The notes: generated by a model from the sequence alone, not told the origin. 63,894 nucleotides of DNA, filler included, from Choristocarpus tenellus KU-1152 (GCA_964200185.2; 13 parts of 13 records of this genome joined end to end with filler, not necessarily neighbours in it); one strand, 5' to 3'; shown: positions 11,625-25,627, counted from the first letter of the whole stretch. Program-made: numbers and translations.

Positions 11625-13672
11625 CATCTCTCCTCCCAGGTATTCGTGTGGCATGCCTCCAGTCTTGAAGGTGATGTCCGTGATGGCAAAGAACCAGTAC
11701 TCGTCGCCCAGCCCAGCCTTTGCTAGTTGACTCCTTGCTGCCCCCATGAGTTGCTCCATCGCCCTTTCGGCGATTCCATTGCTCTGTGGTGTTCTTGGTG
11801 GAGATTTCCTCCATCGGGTACCGTTGTTCGCCAGCATCCTTGGGAACTTAACCGACCTCCCAAGCTCGCTAGCACCATCCCCACTGATGCATTTAACTTG
11901 TATGCCATCCCTTGCCATCTAGTAAATATAGGCAGCGGTTGTGTCCATCGCTGAATTTTTAGTTTTCAATCCATAAACCCTCTTGTCTCGGTTGCTCTCA
12001 TCGACAAACACCTGGAAATATTTGTGAAAAATGATGTCTGCTTTAAAAGGTCCCACCAAATCCGTGTGGGCAACCTTGCCGGGTTGCTTGGATGTCCTGC
12101 CACCCTGTTGATAGCTTAAGGCCTCGGACTTGCATTCCTTGTAGATCTCGCACTGCAGTTCTGACGCCAGAGTAGCGTCGGTGATCTCTAAAAGATCACG
12201 TTTCTCGAGATGCTTTATTGCTGATGGGTTGATGTGTCCCAATATGTTATGCCAGTCCCTCAATGTCAGCCTCTGCTTTTGGTTGGCTCGTGCTGCGCTG
12301 GCTCTCGATTCTTGTTCCATGATGATTATAGTACCAGTTAAATTTAAGAACCCCCCCGGCTTTTGTAGGTTTATCTTGGGCGAATTCTTGGAGGCCATCA
12401 GATAACTTTCTTTTGTTCCGGAATCCATAAATTCTCCTCCATTCCGTCGCATACTTCCAGTACTCAATATGCGGCATGGTAGACCTGGTACCCATAGAAC
12501 ATCCTTCAGAACCACTCTTGTTGGTTAGCCGTCCTTGTCCGTCACCATTAGAGCCATATCCCCAGTTTCCTTCGCTTCCAATTTCCCATTGCTTCTGAAG
12601 GTGCATGTGCGTTTGGTGCCCCGAGTGCTTATGAGATCTTCACGATCATATGTAAGATGTACGTTTGCTCCAGAGTCACACAATATCTCGACTTATCTTC
12701 CACTGGAGGAGTTGAAGATCGCACTTTGGTTAAAGTCCTCATCTGCTGTCACCTTGAAAGTAGAGAAGGAGCGCACTTGGTTTCCGTCGACTTTGTTGCT
12801 GCTCCCACCAGTTGGAGGTGGCGGAAATGTTCCGGGTGCCATCCCAGGCGGACATGTTGCAGGTGGCTTTCAATTCAAATATGAACAAGCCTTCCGCCAT
12901 TGATGGTTCATCTTCAAGCAGTATACACATTGGTTTGGTTTAGGGCCGCTTCCAGCTGATCCCCTGGTCTTCCGAGCATGGCCGTTCCTTGCATTGCCAT
13001 GCATTGCCAATACCCCATCATGCCCATCTTGACCTGAGTGAAGGTAAGTTGTCGACGAGATGATTGCCCGTTTGAGCTCCTCATAGCTGATGCCCGGGCG
13101 CATTATTAATTGCGCGAACACATGTAGCATGGCTTCCTTGATCCCAAGTAGAATAGATGCCCTCTTCATGTTTTCAGATTTGGGCGCCTTGAGCTCCTCG
13201 AATTCCGAAAATAGTCGTTCGAGTTTAACGACAAAATCGCGTCTGTCCTGAGACGCTGCGCATTGTGATTCTTAAGGTTTTGCCTCCAATGTGATGAATT
13301 GTACGGGGATCTCGTCCTCTGCGCGTCCATCGTAGACTTGTTCTAATTCTAACCATGCCCCTCTGCCATCTGGTTGACCCCCATTTTCGTATTTCGCCAC
13401 AATCGATGCGGACCCCTTCGTCGTTTGTAGAAGGAGGAACCATAACTCCTTGTTATTCTTCATGTGTGTGGCATGTGCCCTACACACTGCCTCTCCCGAG
13501 ATGGTGGTGGGTGTTTCAGGAATCTCGTAGTCCCTCGTTGTAATCTCGTACCAACCCTTTCCACCAGCGTAGGCTATCAGTGACAGTCTCCAAGTCGACC
13601 AGGTCTCCAATGACCTTCCTGTGGCCCCCCTCCAGACAGCAAGTTTCTTCAGGTTGGTCTCCATACTACTAA

Positions 13673-13683
13673 GGCTCATAACC
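13673..13683 (-). promoter_or_regulatory. Copia primer-binding site GGTTATGAGCC
   Basis: Immediately follows the LTR end ...TGCACA; resembles the copia-type PBS GGTTATGGGCC (half tRNA-iMet priming). Confidence 0.8.
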
Positions 13684-13998
13684 TGTGCAATTTACCTTGG
13701 GAGGTAATGCTATTTATCAGTAGTGAAGACAAGAAGGTGTGAAGCTTCATACGACCCCCCCTTTGCTGAACGTGAAAAGAATGGGTGGAATTAGAAGAGT
13801 GACCTTTGTGGGTGTCTTCTCATTGCTTGTTTTATTATTATTTGTGCTTCCTACCTAAGTCAACAGTTATGTCAAAGTAGTTAAATGCAGAATAATAACC
13901 TATTCGTAATCCCATTCATAATCCTGATGTACTATCTCATTAGCTACATCTCTCATACACAAAATAAGGTACACCTCGATATTGTCCTATTTGTTACA
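13684..13998 (-). repeat. 5' LTR of the copia element (~315 bp)
   Basis: TG...CA ends; abuts the PBS; outer edge is where homology to repeat C begins; related LTR end at 49152-49225. Confidence 0.8.
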
Positions 13999-14692
13999 TT
14001 GACTACTAAGATATTCGACACCCGAGTTTTCGCTTATGTGTTTCCTGAGCGCAATGGCACGCAGTCGCACTGCTATCATCTCCAACTTTCCCTTCGGCCG
14101 TCACTCTGGTTCTCCCTTCGCCCGCCACGACCAGGCTTCCCCACAGACTTCGTCACTGTACCTCCTGGTGATGGACTCACCGTTTCTGTTTTCCCGAGGT
14201 GGCAGAGACTGCAGAGCAGTGATCCAACGTGGTTGAAGACCCAACCACGTTTTTGAGGTAATGCTTTCAATGCATCTTCTCTCAGTGTTAGTGTCGCGAC
14301 CGTGTGATCCATTTCGTGATTTGATCATGCTGCTGCACCACACTACTCGCACTTTCTCGTCACCTAACATCGCACTGAGTGTCACACGGTACTTGCTTTC
14401 CTCTCGACAGTGAAGGTACCGAGGGTAGATCCAGGGGGCAGAGTGGCCTCGGCGTCTCTCCTTGTCTCACCGTCGTGGTTCATGTTGCTGTGCAAGTCAC
14501 GTGTGTGTGCTCACAGAAAGTCTGCAAAGGCGTTAAAAATATGTCCAGAAATCTTGAAAAAAATTCGGTATCCACACTTCGGGCAAACTTGGGCAGCGAC
14601 CTACCCTGGACCAGTTTTCTCCAATGAGTTCAGCTAATCACTTCATTTTTGTCCGTTTTGAAATCTTGACCCTCAAAATTGCGCCGGAGATG
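13999..14692. repeat. Dispersed repeat family C, copy 1 (interrupted by the copia element)
   Basis: Colinear, diverged match to 20036-20745. Confidence 0.85.
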
Positions 14693-15193
14693 TTCCCCCG
14701 CATTTTTGGCATTATATTATCTGGACATAGCTCCCATTCCACGAAGCCTGAACATTCATGGATACAAACCTTCAAACCCTCTTGTCATACCCTTTCATTT
14801 GATATGTATATTATTGTATATCTTTTGTGTGGTTATGGTGAAAAAAATCAAGATTGCCACAAAGGGCGAAGCTACTGGTACCACCTTACACGCAGGAAGC
14901 AATATAAATACTATTTTTATGCCAAATCCAACCGAAAATAATTAGGGTTAGTTATGATTGTTGATCACTGAGCATAGTGCTGAATGGACACAAAATGTGA
15001 TAATCAATTCATTCCTCGGTTCTGTGGGTAGAACTGTACCCACGATAGAGTTAGTTGCAATTTTACCTTGGCCAGAAAAGAGCAACACAGTGTCTACATA
15101 ATCTCCCTGTGTGGCATAGTAAATATAACCTCTCTGTACACTCCAGTGCAGAAATCGTATCATTTGTTACGCTTGAGTCATAGAGTACCCATT

Positions 15194-15250
15194 GGACAAA
15201 ATATCTTGGGGGGGGAGGTGGGGGCTAGCCCAGGGTGTCCATTTGGGCCT
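15194..15250 (-). mobile_element. MITE family B fragment
   Basis: CAAAATATCTTGGGGGGG...CCAGGGTGTCCATTTGGGCC. Confidence 0.65.
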
Positions 15251-17083
15251 TGAGCAGGTGTTGCAAAACGAACTCATTGTATTTCAGGGGTGGGCAATGT
15301 GTAGTACATAGAATCTATCCAACGTAACAATCAACACACGTATCTCTATGTGGCCTACTTGCTCAAGTACTAAAGTGAGAAGAGACCTGCACGAGATAGA
15401 GCTTTGGGAAATAGGGCTATGGGAGTGGCATGGTCCCTCCTCCTCTTCTATGCTGAAGAACCATAATAGTCATATATCCTCGGCAGTCTCGCTTGGAGGC
15501 ATGTTGATCATGGCTGACACCAACGGGGCAGGACTTGCAGGGTTGAGCACTAGGATTCTCACTGAGCCGGCAGATCCTAAGCTGTCCACAGAAGTAATGC
15601 TTGCTTCAAAATGGTTGAGTAATCCCTTTGATGGGCAACGGCATTGGAAGTGGTGGGTTTGAAAGGACAGGGTGTTGGATATGGGTTACTTCCAGCACAG
15701 CTCAGTTATTCTATTGAGCTCACATTTGTCACCAGTGATATGGGTGGAACCAAAAAATTCAGAGTGCAAAGCAAGATAGCTGAGATATGCTATTGTAGAG
15801 TATAGTGTGCACGTAGTGTTGCAGTGCGCCACCGAACTCACCTCCACAGGATGTGTAACCAAATCCAACGACCTTAAAACGACGCTATGGGGACGTTGCC
15901 CTTGATAATAGTTTGTTGGGTGTCAGACAGCCTTCTCTTGATACTCCACTNNNNNNNNNNNNNNNNNNNNNNNNNNNNNNNNNNNNNNNNNNNNTTAATT
16001 AATTAANNNNNNNNNNNNNNNNNNNNNNNNNNNNNNNNNNNNNNNNNNNNGGGGAGGGGGGGGGGGGGGGGGGATTAATAGCAGGTCACCGCATGCTTGC
16101 ATAAATTTGATCATTGGCTTGAGATGGTTGGGGTGAAGGCAGACATCCTCCAAGATCTATTCCCGGGACAGATTGTGGAATTCTTAGCCAACTGCAGACA
16201 GCCATCATACCCTGATGGGTACTCCCAGACCCTAGCACTCACTTCACCCACCGTATGTCAGCACAACATGCCACTGCCTGCTTATGGACACGCTTTGGTC
16301 TCAGAGATGGGTATGTGGGGACCGAATGGAGAGTTGGAGGTTCAAAGTCCTGTTTCCAAGAGTGTGATGGATGTTGACTCTGACTTGAGTGGTACTGGCA
16401 TCTTGAAGTCCTCTACATCCTTGGCTGTGGAAAGCAGAACCAGAGCACAAGGAAGAAGAGAGGTGGAGCCCCCTACAGAGTTTGTTTCATTGGCAATTGG
16501 GAACGTTTTGTCCTCTGTTGTCCGGGCAGGGAACCTTGCCCTTCATTGTGAATATCAAGGAGAGGATGGAGTAGGTTTAAGTAGACGTGATGGAAATGGT
16601 GTGTTCAGTCCATGCCCTCCAAAGGGACCTAGGATTATCTGCTTCCCACTTAGGCCTAAGCCACATGAGTGTCATGAGCCCTGGGTGCAACGGCTGTGGT
16701 TGGGTGAGGTGTAAATGGGAAGAGTCGAAAGGGAGGTGAGGGGTGGAGAAAGGGAAAGGCATTCTGCTTGGTATGAATTCAGAGAAGTGGAGTGGTGTGG
16801 TCAGATGGGGGCTGCAATGTATTTCCAAATGGTGTGTAGTGTCAGAGCACTATTTTGACATGTGGGATCGTTTTTGTGTCCAAATGTGCCGTGTTGGTAC
16901 TTTGTGCATTTCAGTGCTTGGAATGGTCTCTAACTTGCAAGGAGATGTTAGAAGTGCTTTTCTAGTTGTGTTATGTGCACCATTATTTCTGTCGTGTAAT
17001 GTGAAAGTTGGATTTTACTTGACGAGCATTCTCATTATTACCAGTAACTTTTCCTCACAAAGAAGTGTACAATTTATTGTTTC

Positions 17084-17342
17084 GAGTGAAAGTATCTTAG
17101 TGGGTACGAGTTTTGCCCTGTTTGTCCGTTTGGGGCTTGGCTTCCCCTAAGTTTTTTTATGATATTTTCCTACGCTGAAATGTTTCAGAGTAAGTAAAAT
17201 GTGTACGATATGAAAAGGTGTGTCCGGAACAAGGATATTGACACTTCCTAACAAACGCAATTAGTAAAAATTACATCAAAATCGCAACATTGGAATCTGG
17301 CCCCCAAACGGACTCGGCTCTACCCCTAAGATACCTTGCCCC
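17084..17342 (+). mobile_element. MITE family A, full copy
   Basis: Both TIRs; TSD TTTC on both sides. Confidence 0.9.
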
Positions 17343-17897
17343 TTTCTTCTGTTGGGCAATTATGCAGACCAATTTCTCATTGCCCATTGCACTTGGACCG
17401 TGTACAAGGTTGTCCATTTGACCTATGTAAGAGAATTGCCTTGTAGACAGGTACAACCAGCGTATTGAAAGATAAGTTGGGTTAGGGGTATGGTACCAGC
17501 GACTTTCAAATGGATTGGGCAGAATCAGCGAAGCATTACATGCAGCCTTGAAAAATGCAATCGGAATGTGTGGGGGGTATGGCAGTTTAGGGGAAAACAC
17601 ATGATATCACATGAATGGATTCTGTCATTGTAATGCCATCCTGCTGAACAAACTTGAGAACTAGTTGATTTGGTGTGCTGCTTGTGACCATTGTTTCGTA
17701 GCAACAGAACATTCTTGCAATAGTTTGTCCCTCGACTATTTTGGAAGGAATTAGAAACTAAGACAGTTTCTAAGGTGGTTTTGAGTCAAAGCAATTGAGA
17801 GGAGGGAAACGTTGCGTTTTAAGGATCCCCTGAAAAGCCAAGAAGATGCCAATTTATACATTTGAAGAAAGAGCCTTTGCTGAATTGTGGTCTCACT

Positions 17898-18075
17898 GGC
17901 TCAAAGTATCAGGGGGGGGTGGCGGGTGTCCATTTGGGGCCCATTTTTTCCATGTCGCAATTTTTGGGTGATTTGGTTGCATACGTTGAATGGATAATGT
18001 GAGTGCACTTTTCCTGTTTTTGATCCAAATGGACACCCTGGTGTAGACCTCCACCCCTCCAAGATACGTTGGGTC
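17898..18075 (+). mobile_element. MITE family B, full copy
   Basis: Matches 7131-7314; TSD not recognisable. Confidence 0.88.
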
Positions 18076-20035
18076 ATTTTGTGTATGGAAAGGGGGAATA
18101 CCATTCTTTTGTACACAATTGTGCACACAAAGCGACGATGACATTGAGTGTATTGCACAAGGTAAGATGACTGGAATGCAAGGGTCCAAACCTGCCTACC
18201 TCTTGATTGGTTTGGCTCTTTTGTTGATTCTTTGAGAGTCCAAATTTCATTTTGTATGTCACAGTTTTATCTCTAGAGAAGCCCTCAGGATCTTTAGACT
18301 CCAAGAAGTGGAATTGAATGCTCAGGATCATGGTGTTCCAGAGATTCCTGGTAGTTGCACAGTGGTGTAAGTTGACCCATCCGTTCAAGGATTGTCTAAT
18401 TGGCCGTAGATTAATCTCGAATGGATGCATGAAAAAGGAATAGATTCTTCTATCTTGTTGTTGGGAACCTTGCACTTTGGGCTACAACATAGTTTGTTAC
18501 TATTCAACGTCATTCATGTGATGAATGTGATCCTGCTCAGGGGTATCATAAACGATCTTTAAAAGGTAAAAGGTTTGTCTGCAGACCGATTCATGGCCAC
18601 GCCAAACAATGGAATGACAGCGGCAAATGGAAGAAATGCCATGATAGGGGAGAGGGGAGAAGGGCGTGAGCTAAGCCAAGACTGGAGCTGTGACATGTGC
18701 TTGGATAAAGAGGTTGAAGTTGAAGACGATGGAGGCCCTTGGTGAAATGTGAGAATGGGGAGATTGATAATGGCATGGGTGCACATTGGGAAAGGGCTTC
18801 AGGATGATACCACTGTCAATGCCATCACCACATATGGCCTGCTTGCCGCAATCGATGAGAAAAACTTTTTTACTCTGATTTCTTTGAAAGAATTCCACGC
18901 ATTTGAAACACGGAAGGAACTAGTACACTCAGAAGTCAAATCATTATATTCTCTATCCAAAGGGAGGCTACTGCTGCATGCTACGTAGTGCTTACTCTTC
19001 GCATGTACATTATTATCGATATATTGAGCTTTTTTTTGTTTAGATGGTGAGGTTTAATCGTTTTAGTGAGGCTTTTGTCCTACATTCATACATTTGTGTA
19101 ATCCCTGGTACTTGAACGTACTAGTCTTTTCTCAGTGCTTGTGATACATACCAGAAATCTTAGGATACCGTGCATTATCCTATACTTCATAGTATCAATA
19201 GTTTTCATATGCCTATATATTCTTCAAGACAAACCTATAAAAGCAGTTGTTGTATCAAGTCATCGCCTCACCCTTCATGATACAAGCCAATTACCCATTA
19301 TTAGGTTGCACAATCCTAAACTTTCTAGCATTAATGGTCACTTCTGGACCAGAAAGGCCATACATCCTTCTTACGAAATATAGTGGTACCGATAGCTTAT
19401 GTGTCTGGGGTTGTCCCGTCATAACTTTTGACATCGGATTTAAAAAATAAAAGCATACTCACAGTGCCCTCCAGAGTACGGGGTTCTTTTTTTTTTCGCC
19501 ATTTTTTTGTTTTTGAAGAAAGAGCGCTCATATTGGGGTTCGAACCCTGGATTGTAGTTCACCAAGGGTGGCAACAGATATACTATTACTTGATTAAAGT
19601 ATAGGGTTTCGACGGGAAAAAAGCCTCCCCACCCTTTCTTCCTGTGTGTTCGCGAACCCACTCTTTGATCTCGGGAAGGATGTCCTCATCGAGGCCCAGA
19701 ACGAACCGCCTCTCGTCGCGCCCTTGCTCCGATACCTTGATTTGGCTCTTAGTTAGGAAGTCTCTCTCCCATTACTCACAGTTTCCAACCTGACCATTGC
19801 ATATCCTGCTGCCATCTCGAGCGCTGTTTGGCAGTCTTTCCCATCGTCCATACACAGGTACAGGATTCGCAGTGTTAGAGCCTTTACTATGACATTTCCT
19901 CGTTGAGCGCCGGAAATGGGTCATCTTCTTTCAGGATTCAGAGCCCTTGTAGCCCAACCACAACACCTTCTTTCTCGTTTCCTAAGCCACTCTGACTCAC
20001 ATAGCTTCCAAACAGCTAGGGCCTGCTGCAGCTGT

Positions 20036-20745
20036 CGACTACTAAGATATTCTGCACCCAGGTTTTCGCTTAGGTGTTTCCTGAGCGCAATGGCGCATAG
20101 TTGCACTGCTCTCCTCCCCAACCTTCCCTTCGGCCGGTCACTCTGGTTCTCCCTTCGCCCATCGTGACCAGGCTTCCCCACAAACTTCATCACTGTACCA
20201 CACACGGTGATAGACTCGCTGCTCTCTTCCTACTTTCCCGAGGGGGCAGAGACTGCAGAGCAGTGCTCCGACGTTTGAAGATCCAACCACGTTTGTGTGG
20301 TAATGCTTTCAATGCACCTTCTCTCAGCGTCAGTGTCATGACCGCATGGTCCATTTCGCGATTCGATCATGCTGCTATGCCACACTCCTCGCACTTTCTC
20401 GTCACCTATCATTGCACTGAGTTTCACACGGTACTTGTTTTTCCGACCCCTCTCGACAGAGAAGGTGCCGAGGGTAGATCCAGAGGGAAGGATGGCCTCG
20501 GCGGCTCTCCTTGTCTCACCGTCCCGATTAATGTTGCTGTGTAAGTCACGTTTGTGTGTCCTCACAGAAAGTCTGCAAAAGACGTAAAAAAGATGTTCGG
20601 AAATCTTGAACTTTTTTTCGGTACAGCAACACCAGCCCAACTTGTGCAGGGACTTGCCCCGGACCAGTTTTCTACAAGGAGTTCAGCTAACCACTTCATT
20701 TTTGTATCTTATTAAGTCGTGACCTTCAAAATTGCGCCGGAGATA
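20036..20745. repeat. Dispersed repeat family C, copy 2 (may extend left towards ~19600)
   Basis: Colinear match to 13999-14692. Confidence 0.85.
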
Positions 20746-21325
20746 TTTTGTTACAGGCGCCCCTCAATGCTCACCTTTCCAGGATGTATAAGTCAAATCC
20801 AATTCACAGATTAACNNNNNNNNNNNNNNNNNNNNNNNNNNNNNNNNNNNNNNNNNNNNTTAATTAATTAANNNNNNNNNNNNNNNNNNNNNNNNNNNNN
20901 NNNNNNNNNNNNNNNCAAGGTGAGGCATGCCCGACACCCCTTCCACCCCGGGTTCGCCTCCACTATAGACCCTACCTGATGGTGCAGTGGTGGGCGAACT
21001 TGCTTGACTCAGAAGGAGATTGATTACTTGGGAATATAGGGCAATTGCTCGATTGCACACTGATGAGGAAGACTCCAAGTTGTTCCCTGGACTCATCCAA
21101 TACAAACAAAACGAGCTAGAAAGACTGGGTCCAGTTCCAACACAAATTCCATTGCATTGGCGCAATGATAACAACGGACTTGAAAATAGTACTAAAAAAA
21201 GTACCTTAAGCTGCCACACTCTAATCTGGGTTTATATTTTTCTACTACTTGAAGTAGTGGAAGTGCGTAAAACACGGTAGTAGGGCTCCAAGTGCCCGGG
21301 TTTTGAACAAGAGCACCTGTCTGCC

Positions 21326-22988
21326 CTACAATGCGAATTGCTTACTTGTATTATTAGTCAAAATACCAAAACAGACAATCAATTTGAGGGGAAAGGACCA
21401 GATTGTCAAATGTTCAGAGTCACTACTTGCCTCCTCCGCAGTGAACCGCTTCACCTCTGGCAGCCCATGCCATGAGTCCTCCTCCTTGTCTATATGTTTG
21501 ACTTCCCTGCCCCCCACCTTCTTTCCCTGCTCCATAGCGTTGCCCCCATCACCACCAACTCTAGGATCTCTCCCTCCCGCACGGTTGGGGGCACACAGTA
21601 TCTTGTCACCTCTAGCCATCCTTGGCCTCTTCACCAAGGCAGTTCCAGCACCAGCATCGATTTTTTTACCTTCTCCTCTTCCTCCACCACGGGCATTACA
21701 ATTTGTCACAACAACCCTTTGTCCTTCGCTGTTTGCTTGAGCACCATAGTAGTTCTTAAGAGTGTTCCCTTTGTGCCCTTGATTCCTGTCGAGGTGATTT
21801 TGGTGTTTCTGCATACTCGGGTTCTTTACCCCTTGCCTTTTACCGGCCTCATGATTGTCACCCTGAGAGTTCGTTTTTTATCGAGTCATTGATCTGTCTG
21901 GTGGAAGCTGTGGGTAGTGCCGATGGGTAGTGACTGGAGACTGACCGAATAGGGGAGGCAACAAAAAATGAGAAGAATGAATCCCTGGATACAAGGCCAC
22001 ATTGGTAGATGTGATCAATAGGGTAGTGTTCCCGCCAACAAAGATGAATGCTGATGGTGAGGAGATATGTGGTCATTTTCCCTTTGTGATCAATTCACAA
22101 CAGCTCCTTGGTTGTTTGACTGTGAATGGGACATGAGACCAACACTATTTGACCACCATGCACTTCATTGTACTCCTGTATCTTTATAGTTCAAAGCGCT
22201 GTAGTCATGGTAGGATTCTGGGATCAAGGCGCTATTGGCTGTCCTTACATGCGATTCGGGTGTGCAGTATGTCGTGACGACTTGTTCAAGTGTGGATCTA
22301 GATTATGTTGGATGATATGGAGTGTCTAGTTCTGACTTACACCTCTACCTCAGGACGTCCTGTGGCCTAACCACCCACCCGCACTCCCTATACCCCTGGT
22401 TCAATGCGCAATGCTTCTCCTCTGGCACAAGTGCATTGGTGAGAAAAAGAAGTTCTATTCTGGGGTGACTATTTCTCTCCACTGTAGTATCAGCATCGCT
22501 CCCCAGCAATTGTGACGTACGATGCTTATCTACGGCGGAAAAGAAGGCCTGTGGCCCTTACCTGAGTCAGTACTTATCCTGTGAGATGAGGAAATACACA
22601 ATGTCTCGTGGTACGTTTTCTGACACTATCCTCTCATCTAGAGAAAGAGAAACCTTCAAACTGCTCCTTCTCTCCCTCATCATTGACCCAGGATAACAAG
22701 CTCAATCACTAGCACTGCAATACTGCCTACTGAGTTGTTTTGGCTTCAGAAATATGCTACACGGATTTGACCCCCCCACCCACATATATAACCTTCAAGA
22801 TGTTGATGCTAGGGCTAGGGCTAGGGCCAGGGCTTGAGCTAGGACTAGGGCTAGGGCTAGAGTTGTTTTGAGGTCAGGGTAGCTTTAGGGTTACCATAAG
22901 CTTCTTGGATCTTGGGCCTGTTTCCCAGTTCTCTGCCTCATCGTCTGAGGTATCACTATCTCCAATGTCTCCAGGGTCCATCTCGTGC
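21326..22988 (-). CDS. Possible exons of an unknown low-complexity protein (e.g. HEMDPGDIGDSDTSDDEAENWETGPRSKKLM, ~22895-22988)
   Basis: ccctccag acceptor and gtaacc donor around an open acidic segment; a 162-aa G/K-rich open frame downstream; no recognisable domain. Confidence 0.3.
22808..22862. repeat. (CTAGGG)n telomere-variant hexamer tract
   Basis: GCTAGGGCTAGGGCTAGGG...CTAGGGCTAGGGCTAG. Confidence 0.8.
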
Positions 22989-24639
22989 TGGAGGGAAATG
23001 GTTGGTTTGGGTGATGATTTGTTGTATCAGAGAAAAACTGTTAGTGTGTTGTGCTTGGTATGGCATGTGTTAACTTTGGGGCTCCTTGGAGTGGGTGGAA
23101 TAATCTACGGTTTGTGGACATTGCCACACAATGGCGACGTTTAGGTGAAATAATGGGTTTTGACTGCTCCGTTGATTGAGAAAAACAGCATCTATTTCAA
23201 AGTAAGAGACCAAAGGAGTAAGGATGTAGATGCCTAAAAGATACCAATGTGACTAGGAAATAGCTGAGATTTTGTTACGTTTTCCCATACATGGCAGGAT
23301 CACTTGTTCTACTACCAGAGAGTAGGACGACCTGCACAGGTCCATAAATCTATGCAGTAAAATCCCGACCAAGTATGCACATATACATGTCTGCAGCAAT
23401 AGAGGCAAGAGGGAGGAGTAAGGAGACTTTTTTAAGTTTGTTGGATTCATGGTATAATATTATATCCTCACCTTGATCTGAAACATCAATGCCCGCTCTC
23501 TTTCGAAGATCTGTGTCCTTAGAAGTGTTGAAATGGTCCTCTCGAGATGTTTGAAGTATACCTGTGAGCGTATTAAGAGATAGGGGGGTGGATCTACATG
23601 ATACAAGGCTGGGTGTGAGCACCTGAGTCGGGCCACAGCAGGAATAGACAGCGAGGAAATAGTTTGTGCACAGCTCCATGCATACCTATTCCCACGAAGC
23701 TGAGATAGCCCCTGCCACAAGACTGACAACACGCATGCTTCGCCTCACCCAACCTGGCTTATGGATAGGGCGGCTCTTCTTATGGGAATATAGAGGAACT
23801 CTGACTTTCCCTAGTATCCCAAAAAATAAAAGAACGTTACATGGGTCTTTCCAGTTCATCACAACATGTGTTCGTTGATATTTTCGCGCACTAGCCGATG
23901 CTGTCTTCGGGCCTTGACTATTAGAGAGAACTAGGCTGGACTTTGGAAGGAGCGATAAGTGCACATGATGTCTGCAAAAGAAAAAGAAAAAGCTGGAGGC
24001 AAGGAGGTGGAGAGTACTGCAGGGATGTTTTTTTATTGTCTTGCCTCCCGGGGGAATCGCTGAACAACTGTCTGCGTGGCGTTGATGTCCAAATATTTCG
24101 CCTTTGATGTCTTGGCTGACATGAGCTCTCGGAGAAGGAGCATAGCCTTGATAAGAGTGGACAACAAAGCAGTGGCTGGTCTGTTAGAGTCAGGAGCGAG
24201 TCTGCTACATAGTAGCAGAATTACTGCAGCAATCTTATCTATGGCGTGCTACCAGCTTTGAAGTTTTCAGTTCGGAAACGACACAAACGTATCAGAGTCA
24301 TGAAAAGAGAGGTATATTAGACGAGTGGGCGGGGTGTTGGTCCTTGTCGAGGGTACCAAAATGGCCGCGTCCCTTGTATGGCATTTGGTGCATTTATTGA
24401 TCTAAATGTTCCCTACTCTAATCCTAGTTTGTAACCGAAGTTCGTCAAATCGCTAATGGGTAATTCAACCACTTTCTTTTTTGTTTCCTCTACAAATTTT
24501 CATATATCGTTCTATACTCCAAGTTCCTATATCGTATCTTATCACACCTTACTACGATATGTACCCATAACTCTCCCTATGTCACAAAAATGCCAAATCA
24601 AGAACGAGGTGGGAAGGATTCAATGAGTGAAACAGGTCA

Positions 24640-24805
24640 AGCGCAAGAGTCGAAGGAGGTGGGGGGAGCGACGAACTGTGGGATGGCTGAAGTCAACGGA
24701 CAATTGACCGTAGTGCAACAGTTACAGCGGTAGTTGTTAGTATAAACAGTACAGCAGTGTGTTGTAGTGCCTTTGGGCATGGTAGGGATAGTCCCCACAC
24801 CAAAG
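24640..24805. repeat. Dispersed repeat family D (diverged inverted copy at ~32680-32865)
   Basis: Shared blocks GTGGGATGGCTGA, GTAGTGCAACAGT and TAGTCCCCA in the same order. Confidence 0.55.
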
Positions 24806-25627
24806 TGAACCGAAGAAAAATAGGACTGGACTGAAGTAAGTAATATCCTAAGCCTCTTCCCACAAAGAGTTGGGATATACTTCAGAGATTATATTTGGTT
24901 GAGCTATTATTGATTCATGCTGCAGCCAAACATTTGACCGCATATCTATGATATACCTCTAAGTCCATACTCCAAGCCCACCACATATCATAGCGAGCTG
25001 CTTTCACACCAAGAACTTGCTAGTGTACTGTTTGTTTTTATCACAAGCAAGCAGTAAAAAACTACATACAAGAGAACATGTTGTATGCATCATTTGGGGA
25101 CAGGATCCTGACGTAAAAGTCAAAGCCTGGTCAACAAGTGCCACCCACCATGGTGTCGGGTCCTGCAACCTTGGAGTATGTCATTGGTCTTCTCCCTGAT
25201 ATAGTATCAAGAGGATCATGGCTTTGGCTAGCAGCCTCAGCTAATGCAGCTTGGGTAGTGGCCAAAATGCGTTGACCAGTGGTCATGTTGAAAGAACTTT
25301 GAGTCATTGCCTGCTTCTGCTCCCACAATCTCTCTTGCCTATGAGAAGTGGGATAGTTAGGCATGCTTAGGGTGGGTATAGGATATGTTACAGGCATCTA
25401 AAGAAAATGTTACAAGTAGAAGTGTCGAGTACAGTTGGATCAACTCAATTATGGAGCACTAATCACAATTAAAAGCAGAATATATGATCAAGTTGGTACA
25501 TCTCGACAAAAGAGCCGGAACAAGACATGTAACCATCCATCACTGGGGGTGCAACCAGTAGATAAAATGTTAAAGGGATGAAATTAAGATTCTAAGCAAT
25601 GTGAAGTGGTGGTAGGTGGAGACATGT

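Larger units (their letters stand above)
10458..13683 (-). mobile_element. Ty1/copia LTR retrotransposon internal region (gag-PR-INT-RT), with stops and frameshifts, truncated within RT
   Basis: Gag with zinc knuckle CVYCLKMNHQWRKAC; protease ILCDSGANVH; WHNILGH pre-integrase; integrase HTDLVGP, DGASE, PRTPQSNGIAER; RT EPSTIAEAL and FKARLVAWGFSQQEGVDYFSTFSPV. Confidence 0.95.

Noticed and set aside
16097-16714. 205-aa plus-strand ORF
   Set aside because: Non-ATG start, no recognisable domain and no clear splice signals.
19523-19600. tRNA-Gly-like sequence on the minus strand (TTGCCA, GGTTCGAACCCC)
   Set aside because: A-box and acceptor stem are poor and the spacing is too long; at best a decayed tRNA or SINE head. 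tRNAscan-SE would decide.
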